In this document: positions 37,136-47,245 of the stretch, in pieces
Numbering within the stretch: the first letter of the stretch is position 1
Layout of the letters: each line of letters begins with the position of its first letter
From: a virus
Direction: 5' to 3' (one strand)
IMG/VR virus record: IMGVR_UViG_3300047443_000090
Location: 23,260 to 87,259 of that record
DNA: 64,000 nt
Translations under genes and position numbers: made by a program
The notes under the pieces: generated by a model
What the model was told of the DNA's origin: nothing
Seen by the model: only the letters and a program-made list of their open reading frames with translations
Database searches by the model: none

Positions 37136-37176
37136 GGAAAACTCGCGCCAGCCGGGCGCAATGCACGCGCAACAAT
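37136..37176 (+). promoter_or_regulatory. putative late promoter
   Basis: GGAAAA-N29-AACAAT. Confidence 0.65.
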
Positions 37177-37204
37177 GATGGTTGACACATTACCGTGAGC
37201 AGCC

Positions 37205-38803
37205 ATGCTACAAGAACAATCCTCCAAAGCGCGCGGCTTTTTAGCCAAGGTGTTCGGCTCGAAGAACGTAGCCGCGAATACCATAACCGATGTCGAGCAG
37301 CAGGACGCCTTGACGGATGGCCTGTCTATTTCTACCCTGCTTGGCAGTACCAAGCGCAACGCCAGAAACCGCCAACAAATCTACATGAAGTGGCTCGATA
37401 TGATCGGTGATCCGATTGTATCGACCGCATTGCGCCTGCACGTCACGGCGGCGCTGGGCGGGCACGAAACATCGGGCGATGTCGTTTTCATCGAGAGCGC
37501 GCCGGAATTCAAGGATGACAAGGCATCGCAGAAGATTGTCGATGAACTGCGCGCAGACCTCACCGGCATATTCAACCGCATTGCGTACACCGTCGCGTTC
37601 AACGGCGCGGGCTACGGCGACGCCTACGGGCGCGTGTACACGGACGGCAAGAACGGCGTTGTTGATGTCTACGTGGACGAGATTGTCCATCCGTCGATGG
37701 TGACAGCCTACGAGCGCGGAAACACGACTGTGGGCTTTGTGGTCGCATCCGGGCAGAGGTTCACCGAGCGGCTGGACTTGCAACAGATGGCGCGCATGAA
37801 GATGCCGCGCATGGTCTACATTCCGCAGGTTCGCGCCTTGGAAAAGGCGATCCGCATCGCGCTCAAAGAAGATGATATCAACGCGCTCCCGATCCTCCCA
37901 GCCCTGTTCGGCGGATCGTTCCTAGACAGCGCAGAAGGCCCGTATGACGCGCTTTCGGCTGCGTTGGCTGGCTTGGTCGGCCAACGTGTTCTGGATTCGA
38001 TTGACGAGTCTATGCTGACCGTCAATATGGACTCGATGACGAAGGAGCAGCGCAAGTCCTACATGGTCAATCTGAAGGCCATTTTGACCGCCTCGAAGAA
38101 GCGCGCCGAGGACGCAATCAGCAGCGGCAAGCCGGTTCTGTCGCGCGTCTATAACATCATGCCCACGTATGGCGAAAAGCAGTTGACGGCGCTTAACGGT
38201 AGCCTGACTGGCGGCGGCGGGCGCGGCCAAAGCGGCAGCATCAGTATTGAGGACGTTCTGTTCCATGCAAAGCTGCTGTCCGGCGCAATCGGTATCGACC
38301 TCTCGATGCTGGGCTTTGCCGAGCTGCTGTCTGGTGGTCTTGGCGACGGCGGGTTCTTCCGCACGTCTGCGCAGGCCGCCGAGCGCTCGCGCCTGCTTCG
38401 CGTGGGGATGACGGAGTTTTTCAACCACATCATCAACATTCACACCTTCAACAAATACGGCATGGTCTACAAGCCGAACGAGCGCCCGTGGATGGTCAAC
38501 TTCTACGGCTCCATTTCCGCCCTTGAATCCGAACGGCAGCACACGAAAACCGAATCCATGAATACCGGCGCGATACTGGCGCAAACGCTGGCCCAGTTGC
38601 GCGACTTGCGACTTGATGACAAGTCGCTTACCGAAATTCTGACCAAGGTGATGCTGATGGATGAGAAGCAGGCCGAACTGATCGTCAAGGGCATGGCAAA
38701 GCCGCCGCCTGAAGATGGAGGCATGGGCGATATGGGCGGCGGCGGGCCGGGCGGCTTCGGCGGCAAGCCTGATGGCGCAGACTTTGGCGCGGGGCAGGAA
38801 TGA
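37205..38803 (+). CDS. portal protein (P1 Prt-like)
   Basis: DPIVSTALRLHV, IGIDLSMLGFAELLSGGLGDGGFFRTS motifs; 532 aa. Confidence 0.8.
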   Translation: MLQEQSSKARGFLAKVFGSKNVAANTITDVEQQDALTDGLSISTLLGSTKRNARNRQQIYMKWLDMIGDPIVSTALRLHVTAALGGHETSGDVVFIESAPEFKDDKASQKIVDELRADLTGIFNRIAYTVAFNGAGYGDAYGRVYTDGKNGVVDVYVDEIVHPSMVTAYERGNTTVGFVVASGQRFTERLDLQQMARMKMPRMVYIPQVRALEKAIRIALKEDDINALPILPALFGGSFLDSAEGPYDALSAALAGLVGQRVLDSIDESMLTVNMDSMTKEQRKSYMVNLKAILTASKKRAEDAISSGKPVLSRVYNIMPTYGEKQLTALNGSLTGGGGRGQSGSISIEDVLFHAKLLSGAIGIDLSMLGFAELLSGGLGDGGFFRTSAQAAERSRLLRVGMTEFFNHIINIHTFNKYGMVYKPNERPWMVNFYGSISALESERQHTKTESMNTGAILAQTLAQLRDLRLDDKSLTEILTKVMLMDEKQAELIVKGMAKPPPEDGGMGDMGGGGPGGFGGKPDGADFGAGQE

Positions 38804-39585
38804 GCCTTTTCGACACCATAGCCAGTAAGGTTAAATCCAGTGTGGAAAGCAAGCTCCCCTCCATTGGTGTTGTAGGTGCGGCGCTTGGCGGGGCCGCTAT
38901 CGGCAAGTTTGTTCCGAAGAAGTTTCAGGGGGCCGCCGCCCGCGCGCTGCGCGGCGACATCAGCGGCGCTATTTCCTCTGGCATTACCGGCTTCATTGCT
39001 GGCGCGGCTGCGAAAAAACTGGGAAAGAACAAGCTGCTGGGCGGCATCACAATAGGCGAGGCTCGCCGGATAGCGAGTGAAATTCAGTCGGTCAGCTATG
39101 CCAAGAAAAACCTGTGGTATCTGGAGCTTGGCGATGGTGCGGCGGTGGATGGTTTTGAGGACATCGCACACACGTTCAACCTCTTTGCGACTGATGTCTC
39201 CTTTACCCCTTGGACTATCCAAAGCGAGGCCAAAGACATAGGCATGGGCGTGATGGACATTGTGACCGGATCGGAGCGCACTGAGCTTCGCATCACCACA
39301 TACGACGATACGGTGGGCACGATAAAAAGCTGGTTTGACGCAAAGTGCGCCTCTGTCTCGCGCCCTGATGGGACGATTGGCCTGCCGGTGGAATATCTGG
39401 TGAAAATCACCATAATCCAGTCGGCTACTGACGCAATCGGCGGCGCACTTTTCGGCAGCTACAAGCAAACATTCGTTATGCGCCCAACCTCGATTGAGGT
39501 TGAGCTGTCGCGCAGCGAGGACGCCTTGCAGCAGCTCCAAATGACTTTTTCGCAGTTCGACACATTCATGTATCAAGGACAGTAA
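38800..39585 (+). CDS. tail-tube-fold baseplate protein
   Basis: YAKKNLW...LQQLQMTFSQF, a tube-like beta pattern; upstream of the tape measure gene. Confidence 0.5.
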   Translation: MSLFDTIASKVKSSVESKLPSIGVVGAALGGAAIGKFVPKKFQGAAARALRGDISGAISSGITGFIAGAAAKKLGKNKLLGGITIGEARRIASEIQSVSYAKKNLWYLELGDGAAVDGFEDIAHTFNLFATDVSFTPWTIQSEAKDIGMGVMDIVTGSERTELRITTYDDTVGTIKSWFDAKCASVSRPDGTIGLPVEYLVKITIIQSATDAIGGALFGSYKQTFVMRPTSIEVELSRSEDALQQLQMTFSQFDTFMYQGQ

Positions 39586-41700
39586 ATGTTTAATTCTGAC
39601 CGCGATGGCTTTCTGATCCCCGACGCGCCACTTCGCACCGACGAGCTGGCGCAGGGCATCATGGGCGTAAGGCGTAATACCGACACGATCATTGGTTTAT
39701 TGAAGGGGCGGGCAAAGGCTGCAACCCTTCAGCGCGCCCGCGTTGTAGTGCAGGGCAGCGCCAGAGGCGCTACAGGCTCGCCATTATCCGCAGGCGAGCA
39801 TCCGGGCGCACAGGCCCGCCGTGGGCCTTCAGGCGGCGCTATGGGCTCGTCTGCCGATGCTGGCGCGCGCGTGGCGGGCGCGGCCCGCCGTGGACCGTCT
39901 GGAGGCGCTACGGACGCATTGCCAGAGCGTGACAGCCGTGGCCGATTCGTCGCAAAGCCAATCGGTGACGTGGCAAAGGCTGTTCGCCAGCTTACGCGGC
40001 AGCAGTCCCAGGATATGGCTGAAAATTCGCGCCGCGAGGCCGCGCGCGAAAACCGCGAGGGCGGCAGCGCGGCAGGCGGCGAGCAGCAGCGCGACGCGCG
40101 CGGGCGGTTTGGCGCGGGCGGCGGCGGCCCCAATGACGACAAGGAAGGCGGCGATAGCAAGAGCCTCACCCTTGCCATCCTGAAGGCTGCGGCTCAGGGC
40201 GGCGCTGCGGCGCTGGGATCGACTGAAAAAGTAGACCCGGCAATTGAATCGGCGCAGGAAATTCATGGCATGGTAAGCGGCGCGGTATCAGCGCTCAAAA
40301 CTACCGGCAAACTTGGCATCGCGGTGGCCGGGCGCGCGTTCGGCAGCGCGAAAGAAAAGGATGTGCCGTGGTATCGCAAGCTGTTGCAGCAATTGAAGTT
40401 GATGCGCAGGGATGACGGCGAATTTCACCGTGCCGAGCTGCGCGCGCTGAATAACCGCGCTGGTGGCGGTGGCGGTGGCGGTGGCGGCGGTAGCGCGCTG
40501 CCTGACTGGGTGCCCAAGCTTCCGGGCGCTGTGCCTAAGCTGCTAGGGGCCGGTGCAAAGCTGCTTGGTAAGCTCGCGTTGCCAGCAGCCGCTATCGGGT
40601 CGGCTATCAAGTCATTTGGCACCAACACGAGCGATTATGCTGATCGCCTTGGGACAAAGGATGATGGCGGCATTGCAAAAAGCCTTGGCATACGCGCTGC
40701 CGGTGTGTTGGGCGACTTGGGGAGCACGCTCACACTCGGGCTGGCCGACAAACTTGGAAAATCAGAAACGCTGGGGAAAGTAATCGAGAAATCGGTTTCT
40801 GGCCTGTCGGCGGCAAAGGACTGGGCGCTAGGTAAAACGTCGCAGCTATTCGAGTCTGGACGCAAGGGCGCGGGCACCATATCTACGGGCAAGGGCGACA
40901 ACGGCGGCGTGTCTTACGGCACCTACCAGATGTCCACCACGAAGGGCGTTGCCGGGGATTTCGTAAAGGGCTCCAAGTACGCCAAGGACTTCGAGGGACT
41001 GAAGCCGGGCACTCCCGAGTTTAGCGCGAAGTGGAAGGAGGTTGCGGCGGCAGACCCATCATTCGGCCAAGCGCAGCACGACTATATCCAAAAGACCAAG
41101 TACGAGCCGCAGCAGCAAAAGCTGAAGGATTCAGGCATTGACCTGTCCAAGCGCGGCGCGGCGGTGCAGGATGCAATATGGTCAACCTCCGTGCAGTTCG
41201 GCGGCAATACGTCACTGATACAGGGCGCGCTGAAGGGCAGGGATGCCGCGAAAATGTCGGACGCGGAAATCGTGACTGCGATTCAGGACTACAAGCTGAA
41301 AAACAACGACGCGCTGTTCAAAAGCTCGTCGCCCGACGTGCGCGCATCGACAGCCAAGCGGGCGCAGAACGAGAAAGTTGACTTGCTTAAGCTGGCAGAA
41401 GGCGCATCGCCAGTAGCTCCGCCGACTGGGCTGGGCATCACAAGTTCGCCCGCTCCCAGCATCCCCCTGCCCACCGCAGGAGCAACCGTACCGGCGTCAC
41501 TGGCCGCCCCGGCCTCTATCCGCCCGCCGCCTGTCAGCGTAGCCCCTGCCCCGCCGCCTGCCGCGTCGCCGGAACTCCACGTTCCGTTGACCAGTAAAGG
41601 GCCGCTAGAAGTCACGGTGCGTAACGACCAGCTCGCCAATCAAGACGTAAAGGATCGCCGCCTTGCGCAAATTGCTACTGGTGGCGTATCAGGGGCGTAG
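39586..41700 (+). CDS. tape measure / Sit-like protein with VgrG3-like muramidase domain
   Basis: Helical Ala/Gly-rich body; FESG...GTISTGKGDNGGVSYGTYQM...QDAIWSTSVQFG. Confidence 0.75.
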   Translation: MFNSDRDGFLIPDAPLRTDELAQGIMGVRRNTDTIIGLLKGRAKAATLQRARVVVQGSARGATGSPLSAGEHPGAQARRGPSGGAMGSSADAGARVAGAARRGPSGGATDALPERDSRGRFVAKPIGDVAKAVRQLTRQQSQDMAENSRREAARENREGGSAAGGEQQRDARGRFGAGGGGPNDDKEGGDSKSLTLAILKAAAQGGAAALGSTEKVDPAIESAQEIHGMVSGAVSALKTTGKLGIAVAGRAFGSAKEKDVPWYRKLLQQLKLMRRDDGEFHRAELRALNNRAGGGGGGGGGGSALPDWVPKLPGAVPKLLGAGAKLLGKLALPAAAIGSAIKSFGTNTSDYADRLGTKDDGGIAKSLGIRAAGVLGDLGSTLTLGLADKLGKSETLGKVIEKSVSGLSAAKDWALGKTSQLFESGRKGAGTISTGKGDNGGVSYGTYQMSTTKGVAGDFVKGSKYAKDFEGLKPGTPEFSAKWKEVAAADPSFGQAQHDYIQKTKYEPQQQKLKDSGIDLSKRGAAVQDAIWSTSVQFGGNTSLIQGALKGRDAAKMSDAEIVTAIQDYKLKNNDALFKSSSPDVRASTAKRAQNEKVDLLKLAEGASPVAPPTGLGITSSPAPSIPLPTAGATVPASLAAPASIRPPPVSVAPAPPPAASPELHVPLTSKGPLEVTVRNDQLANQDVKDRRLAQIATGGVSGA

Positions 41701-41757
41701 CCGCGAAGAAATGAAAATGTGGTATGGTGCAACCTTTCATTTCCCCATGATAGCCCC

Positions 41758-42144
41758 ATGAAATTTGTTACGACGCTGATCCTTGTGGCCGCCTCTGGCA
41801 TGTGCGGCGCTGCCGAGCCAAGCTATACTAAGCAGTTCAGCGCGTGCATGAGCGCTTCGGACGGGGTCACCGATGCGATGCTTGACTGTATAGCGACGGA
41901 AACCCGAAATCAGGATGCCATGCTCAACGCGACCTACAAGGTTGCGCTGAAGGCGACGCGGAAGCCGCGCCAGCCAAGGCTGCAAGAGGCGCAGCGCAAC
42001 TGGCTAAAGTTCCGTGACTCGAATTGCGGCTTCTACGCTGACCCCGAGCATGGCACGAGCGCTGATGTAGCTGCCGCCGACTGCGCGTTGTCGATGACGG
42101 CAGCGCGCGAACAAGAATTGCGCATGTTCACCGAGTCAGAATAG
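41758..42144 (+). CDS. secreted LprI-family (DUF1311) lysozyme inhibitor
   Basis: Signal peptide; C...MLDC...QDAMLNATYK...LQEAQRNWLKFRDSNC...C...R..EL. Confidence 0.85.
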   Translation: MKFVTTLILVAASGMCGAAEPSYTKQFSACMSASDGVTDAMLDCIATETRNQDAMLNATYKVALKATRKPRQPRLQEAQRNWLKFRDSNCGFYADPEHGTSADVAAADCALSMTAAREQELRMFTESE

Positions 42145-42159
42145 CCCCCTTCATCCCTC

Positions 42160-42192
42160 AAAAAAAGCCCGCTGCCGCAGCGGGCTTTTTTT
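42160..42192. terminator. intrinsic terminator
   Basis: AAAAAAAGCCCGCTG-CCG-CAGCGGGCTTTTTTT. Confidence 0.85.
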
Positions 42193-42205
42193 CGTCCATC
42201 GCTTA

Positions 42206-42246
42206 GGAAAACCCGCCCGAGTACCTTGTCACCGCTGCGTCAAAGT
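42206..42246 (+). promoter_or_regulatory. putative late promoter
   Basis: GGAAAA-N29-CAAAGT. Confidence 0.7.
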
Positions 42247-42278
42247 GGAGTCATTAACACTCCACTTCTAGGTGACAC

Positions 42279-42767
42279 ATGACCATTTCGACTGGCGCAT
42301 ATCTGGCGCAATCCTACGGGCAGGTAAAGGCACTGGGCGACAAATCCATTTCGTCCGATGCAATGTTCGTTATCGACGGCTTCGAGCATTTGCGCCTGCT
42401 GGCAAAGCAATTCCCTTGGCCGATTCTCTCGACCGCTGGTGAAATCGAGACTGTCACGCCAATGGGCGGTGCCGCGTGGCAGTCGCAGCAGCTCAAGACG
42501 AACATGCAAGGGCAGGTCACGTTCTACGAAACCGTGCGTGGCGACATCGAGCAATTCATCGAAATGATCGCGTCCGCAGGCGGCAAGTTCAACGGCAGCA
42601 TCTACGAGGGCACGATGGAGCGTCACAGCCGTGGCGTCCGCATCGTTGATGCGTTCTTCCAGTTCGATAGCCCGGATCGCGACTGGGAAAACCGCGCGCA
42701 GGCCACTACCGTTTCCGGCACCCTGTTCTACCACTACTTCGGTGAAAAAATCCCCGGCAACATTTAA
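42279..42767 (+). CDS. tail tube protein (P1 BplB-like)
   Basis: 162 aa with tube-like pattern and highly biased codons. Confidence 0.65.
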   Translation: MTISTGAYLAQSYGQVKALGDKSISSDAMFVIDGFEHLRLLAKQFPWPILSTAGEIETVTPMGGAAWQSQQLKTNMQGQVTFYETVRGDIEQFIEMIASAGGKFNGSIYEGTMERHSRGVRIVDAFFQFDSPDRDWENRAQATTVSGTLFYHYFGEKIPGNI

Positions 42768-42779
42768 GGGTAAATAGCC

Positions 42780-43163
42780 GTGACACTGGGAGAACTGGCC
42801 TTATCGGTCAACTGGGCATTCGGCCTCGTCATAGACGACGCCGACATCAAGAAACAGGCGTGCAACGCTGCGCGCCTGTATCTGACGTGGGGCGACATCG
42901 CCAGCCTCGCCACTAGCGATCCGTCTGTGGCGCTTGATGACGTTGACGAGAACTGCGACATCACGCCGGGCGAATGGGGCGTTATCAAGGCGCTGCATGT
43001 GCTCTACGTGGAGCGCGAGAACGCGCGCGCGCTGGAGGCGTCGCGCGGTAACGGCGTGGACGTGTACGGGCGCACAGTGTCGGAGATTGACCAAGCTATC
43101 ACGCAATACGAGTCGCAGGACTTGCCGCGCGCCGCGTTCTCGCAACTGCCGGAATCAATCTAA
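42780..43163 (+). CDS. head-tail adaptor-like protein
   Basis: Helical EWGVIKAL...EASRGNG; located in a late operon. Confidence 0.45.
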   Translation: MTLGELALSVNWAFGLVIDDADIKKQACNAARLYLTWGDIASLATSDPSVALDDVDENCDITPGEWGVIKALHVLYVERENARALEASRGNGVDVYGRTVSEIDQAITQYESQDLPRAAFSQLPESI

Positions 43164-44042
43164 ATGATTTCGATTGAGGGCGTGCGCGCCGAGTTCCTGC
43201 TGTCTGGATGCCTCCGGTACGATCTAGCGCCTATCCCGCTCACGCTGGAGGCGCAGATTCGCATTACCCCGGCAACCGCGCCCCTGATGCAAGACGGCGG
43301 GCTGATCCGGGTAAATGAAATCCCCTTCCGCATCATCAAGTGCGAGCCGCTGCGCAATGTCGGCGGCGGCCCGCAGGGCGATTCTCCGCTGTCTGCCGTT
43401 ACCATCACGGCATTCCCTGACGCGGTAGTTGGAGTGGCCCGTAGGCGTCGCTCTGCCGTTATCGCGCAGGGCGAATCATTCGCGTCAATTTACAGGTCGT
43501 GCGGCGCTACCGTGGGCATTGATGGCGACTTCCCGGTAAGCCGCTTCGCATGTTTCAAAGGGAGCGTACCGACGTTCAACTTAGCCCAAATTCTGCAAGA
43601 GGAATCGGCGGTAATGATGTGGGCATCTGGCCGTGTGAAGATCATGCGGCTACGTGATGTCATGGCACAAGCGCCAGTAATAGGGCTGTCCGTAACCGCG
43701 TCAGAGGACGTTGCAAGTAGCTTTCTCGAAAACGACGAAATCCCCACTTACATATCGACCGGCCCCGATGGGAAATTCATCTTGGGGGCGCGGCGCTTTG
43801 AGTCGCAGGCAGTCAAGTATTCGCCGCACAAGGGCGAGCGGGAGCTTGGCTATATGGGGCGCGTGCTGGTGCGTCGGCGGGTTCTTACCAGCCTCCCAAA
43901 TCTAAGCCTTCAGGCCGGTGCTGTTGTTGAATCGCGCAATGGGCCAATGGTCGTTATGACGGCAGCGCACTACATGCAAAACAACACGGACGGAGCTGGG
44001 GCGTCCCAGTATTCGCGCTTTTGGCTTGGGAGCATTTCATGA
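43164..44042 (+). CDS. baseplate hub (P1 gp6-like)
   Basis: LRYDLAPIPLTLE motif; precedes the spike gene. Confidence 0.6.
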   Translation: MISIEGVRAEFLLSGCLRYDLAPIPLTLEAQIRITPATAPLMQDGGLIRVNEIPFRIIKCEPLRNVGGGPQGDSPLSAVTITAFPDAVVGVARRRRSAVIAQGESFASIYRSCGATVGIDGDFPVSRFACFKGSVPTFNLAQILQEESAVMMWASGRVKIMRLRDVMAQAPVIGLSVTASEDVASSFLENDEIPTYISTGPDGKFILGARRFESQAVKYSPHKGERELGYMGRVLVRRRVLTSLPNLSLQAGAVVESRNGPMVVMTAAHYMQNNTDGAGASQYSRFWLGSIS

Positions 44043-44632
44043 TTGGCTTGATGCCTGCTGAAGTAGATTCAATCGACCGCGAAAAGCGCATCGCGCGCGT
44101 TCGCATTCCGGGGCTGACCGATGGCGCAACGAGCCTGCCGGAAGCGCAGTTCTGCAACCCAGTGGGCGACAAAAGCGAACACACGGAAATTCGCATCAAG
44201 CCCGGCGACCGTGTTTGGCTGGCCTTTGAGGGCGGCGATCCGCGCTACCCAGTCATCGTCGGCTACCGCCCGCGCAATCAGGAAAACGGCATCGACTGGC
44301 GGCGCTTCGAGCACGCAAACTTTCAATTCGACGCCGACCAGAATTTCATCATCAACGCTGGCGCGAATGTAACCGTGAATGCGGTCAACGTGGCCGTGAA
44401 TGCGTCATCGAAGGCGACGGTTACTTCGCCGTCAATTCTGGTCGATTCGGCTGATACCAAGTTCACCGGGCCAGTGACCATACAGGGCTTGCTTACCTAC
44501 GCGGCGGGCATGAGTGGGACGGGCGGCGCTGACATCGCGGGGAGCATGAAGAACAACGGCAAGAACATCGGCAGCACTCACGTTCACAGCGGCGTGGGAC
44601 GCGGACAAAGCAATACGGACGCACCAACTTAA
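44039..44632 (+). CDS. baseplate spike (gpV/gp5-like)
   Basis: OB-fold GDRVWLAFEGGDPRYP and C-terminal HVH apex. Confidence 0.85.
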   Translation: MIGLMPAEVDSIDREKRIARVRIPGLTDGATSLPEAQFCNPVGDKSEHTEIRIKPGDRVWLAFEGGDPRYPVIVGYRPRNQENGIDWRRFEHANFQFDADQNFIINAGANVTVNAVNVAVNASSKATVTSPSILVDSADTKFTGPVTIQGLLTYAAGMSGTGGADIAGSMKNNGKNIGSTHVHSGVGRGQSNTDAPT

Positions 44633-44650
44633 AGGGAAAGCAGGGAAAGC

Positions 44651-45142
44651 ATGGCAGATAAAAAAACACTGATTTTCGACTTCTTCGAGCTGTCGGAAAA
44701 AGACGCCTCGATTAAGAAAGCGAAGCGCTACTTCGAGCAGGCCGGGGCGAGCGTGACGAGCGTCGATGTGGACTCGAAGGTACGCCGCGCCGCTGGCGTG
44801 TCCTACCGCGAAGTGCAGTTCGGCTTTGCCGATAGCCAGTCGGTCAGCTTCGGCGTGAAAAACACTGGCGACGTGTATCAGGTCAAGGTCAACGGCAAGC
44901 TGACCCCACTGAAAGCGCAGGACGACCACCTGAAGGCAATCGGTGAAATCGTGGCCGCGATGACCAAGGGCAGGGCCAAATTCCAAGCGGCGCTGGCAAA
45001 GGCCAAGGTTGCATTGCCCGCCTCGATCCGCACCGCCGCCCCAAAGATGGAGCAGGCATTGCGCGAGCAGATTACGGCGGTAGACGAGGCAATCGTCGCG
45101 GCAACCGAACGGCTCGCCGCCTTGCAGCCAGCAGCGGCTTAG
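44651..45142 (+). CDS. hdf: Hdf (DarA N-domain paralogue)
   Basis: TGDVYQVKVNGK...AKFQAALAKAK resembles P1 Hdf. Confidence 0.7.
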   Translation: MADKKTLIFDFFELSEKDASIKKAKRYFEQAGASVTSVDVDSKVRRAAGVSYREVQFGFADSQSVSFGVKNTGDVYQVKVNGKLTPLKAQDDHLKAIGEIVAAMTKGRAKFQAALAKAKVALPASIRTAAPKMEQALREQITAVDEAIVAATERLAALQPAAA

Positions 45143-45182
45143 GAAAACTGGCGGAAATCACGCTGCGCCCCGCCTTGACAAT
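45142..45182 (+). promoter_or_regulatory. putative late promoter
   Basis: GGAAAA-N29-GACAAT. Confidence 0.7.
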
Positions 45183-45257
45183 GAAGGCTCTAAGTGTGCG
45201 GGGTTCCGCGCATTTGTTTACGTGTTTCGACAATCACATTTTTTATAAGGTAGGACT

Positions 45258-46892
45258 ATGAGCGGAACTGAAAAGAAGTACACCACCAATGATGCCAACG
45301 AGCTGCAAAAGTTCGTCAGCACCGTTACCAGCGCTGAAGGCAAAGAAGGCGTGGTATTCGATTCGGCCAGCATGACCGCATCGGCGGTTGATGCAATTGG
45401 CAATCAATCCGGCAGCACCCCGCGCGTGCTGTCCGAACTGCTGGGCGTTTCGACCATTGAAGAAAAGGCCATCGTCAAGGCCGTGTTCGATGGCGTCAAT
45501 GCGTACACCCGCGAACATGGCGTCGCACCGACCGGCGACGTTCTGCTGTCGGCAATTCACCAAGCGCGCGGCATCTTCGACTCGGTGAGCAACGGCCACC
45601 ACGACCAGATTTCGGTGTTCCCGAATGCCCCTATCGTCGCCATCATGGGCGCGATGGCCGAAGCAACCCCGTTCGCTGGCTACCTGCCCGCCGACAAAGG
45701 CTCGAATGAAGCCCGCCTCATCATCGTCAACCACAATGCCGGTAGCGCATGGGGCGATTACAAGGCTGGTGACATCATGGACGGTATCGCCGCTGGCGGT
45801 TCCTACCTCGGTTCCTCGCGCACTGCTGAACTGGCCGCGCCGAACGACACCGTAAACTACAAATTCACCTTCAAGAACGGTTCGGACGGCTCCGGCGCGG
45901 TGTTGAACATGCTGCGTGGCCGCTCCATCATCTACGTCAACGGCGTGATGGCTGCAACCGAATCGGCAAACGGCCCTAGCGGCGCGGCCACCGTTGCAAT
46001 CAACGGCTACATCAACTTGGGCGGCACCGATTACACGCTGGCGGGCACCGTCAAGCCAGCCAGCGGCGAAGTTGTCGTTACCCCTACCCCGGCCTTCCCC
46101 GGCGGCACCGTAGTTACCACCGAAGTATTCGTGGACTACGAAGCTGACCCAAGCGTGACGCCACGCATGGCCGTGCAGGCATCCAGCTACTCGCTGTTCG
46201 CCAACCCGTTCCGTGCCATCTACCAGATCACCCCTGAAGCTCGCTCGCAGTTTGCGAACGAAGTGGGCGTGGACGCTGGCGCCGAAGCGATGCTGGCGGT
46301 TCGCGGCCAGTACGCGCAAGAGCGCCACTACAACGCGCTGACCAAGGCCAAGATGATGGGCAAGTACAACAACGCGGCCACCTACGACTTCGCCTATGCT
46401 GCGCAAATCCTGCAAAAGACCCGCGCACAAATCTGGCAAGACTTCGCCTCGGTACTGGGCGCTGTCTCGCAAAAGATGGCCGAAGATACCGCCGACCACG
46501 GCGTCACCCACCTGTACGTTACCCGCAGCGTCGCCGCGCAGTTCCTGTCGATGCCGCGCGAGCTGTTTGAGCCGAGCGGCATCACCGCACGCCCTGGCGT
46601 CTACCGCGTGGGCCGCCTGTTCGGCCTGTACGACGTGTACTACACCCCGAAGGTGCTGAATGAAGCAGGCGGCGGCGCTACTGCCGAAATCCTGTGCGTT
46701 GGTCGCTCGACCCAAACCGCGCGCTGCCCGATCATCTTTGGCGATGCGGCGGCCCCAGTATTCGAGCAACTGGGCACCGGCACCGACCTGAAATCCGGCT
46801 ACGGCTTCAATGCGCGTTCGTTCACTGCGACGAACCCGCACCTGATGTCGGCCAAAGGTGCCGCGCTGATTACCGTCAGCAACCTGAAGTAA
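45258..46892 (+). CDS. major capsid protein (P1 gp23-like)
   Basis: 544 aa with strong codon bias; VGRLFGLYDVYYTP; precedes the sheath gene. Confidence 0.8.
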   Translation: MSGTEKKYTTNDANELQKFVSTVTSAEGKEGVVFDSASMTASAVDAIGNQSGSTPRVLSELLGVSTIEEKAIVKAVFDGVNAYTREHGVAPTGDVLLSAIHQARGIFDSVSNGHHDQISVFPNAPIVAIMGAMAEATPFAGYLPADKGSNEARLIIVNHNAGSAWGDYKAGDIMDGIAAGGSYLGSSRTAELAAPNDTVNYKFTFKNGSDGSGAVLNMLRGRSIIYVNGVMAATESANGPSGAATVAINGYINLGGTDYTLAGTVKPASGEVVVTPTPAFPGGTVVTTEVFVDYEADPSVTPRMAVQASSYSLFANPFRAIYQITPEARSQFANEVGVDAGAEAMLAVRGQYAQERHYNALTKAKMMGKYNNAATYDFAYAAQILQKTRAQIWQDFASVLGAVSQKMAEDTADHGVTHLYVTRSVAAQFLSMPRELFEPSGITARPGVYRVGRLFGLYDVYYTPKVLNEAGGGATAEILCVGRSTQTARCPIIFGDAAAPVFEQLGTGTDLKSGYGFNARSFTATNPHLMSAKGAALITVSNLK

Positions 46893-46925
46893 TCGGCTTT
46901 CATAAACCATAAAAGGACGGCAACA

Positions 46926-47231
46926 ATGGCAAAGCAAAAAGCCAGTGTTGCCGGTTCCAATTCGGAACCGGCAGCAGGCAATACGGAAGGCATGGGCGCG
47001 TCCCATGAAGTAGTCGCGGCATTCCCGCGCGAGGTCGAAATCATCAACGATACCGCGATCCCGTTCACCATCGCTCGCGCATATATCGAGCCGCGCACCT
47101 CCGTGCGCGTCATGGTGGGCGACGACGACGAAATCACCCGCATCAAGACCGACTGCGAACACATCCTGTCGATGAACGAAGTGTATGCAGCGCTGGAAGT
47201 GCCAGCGCTGCGCGTTGTTGACACCATCTAA
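46926..47231 (+). CDS. small structural protein
   Basis: AAAGGA RBS, between capsid and sheath genes. Confidence 0.6.
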   Translation: MAKQKASVAGSNSEPAAGNTEGMGASHEVVAAFPREVEIINDTAIPFTIARAYIEPRTSVRVMVGDDDEITRIKTDCEHILSMNEVYAALEVPALRVVDTI

Positions 47232-47245
47232 GGGAAAGGGAACTG

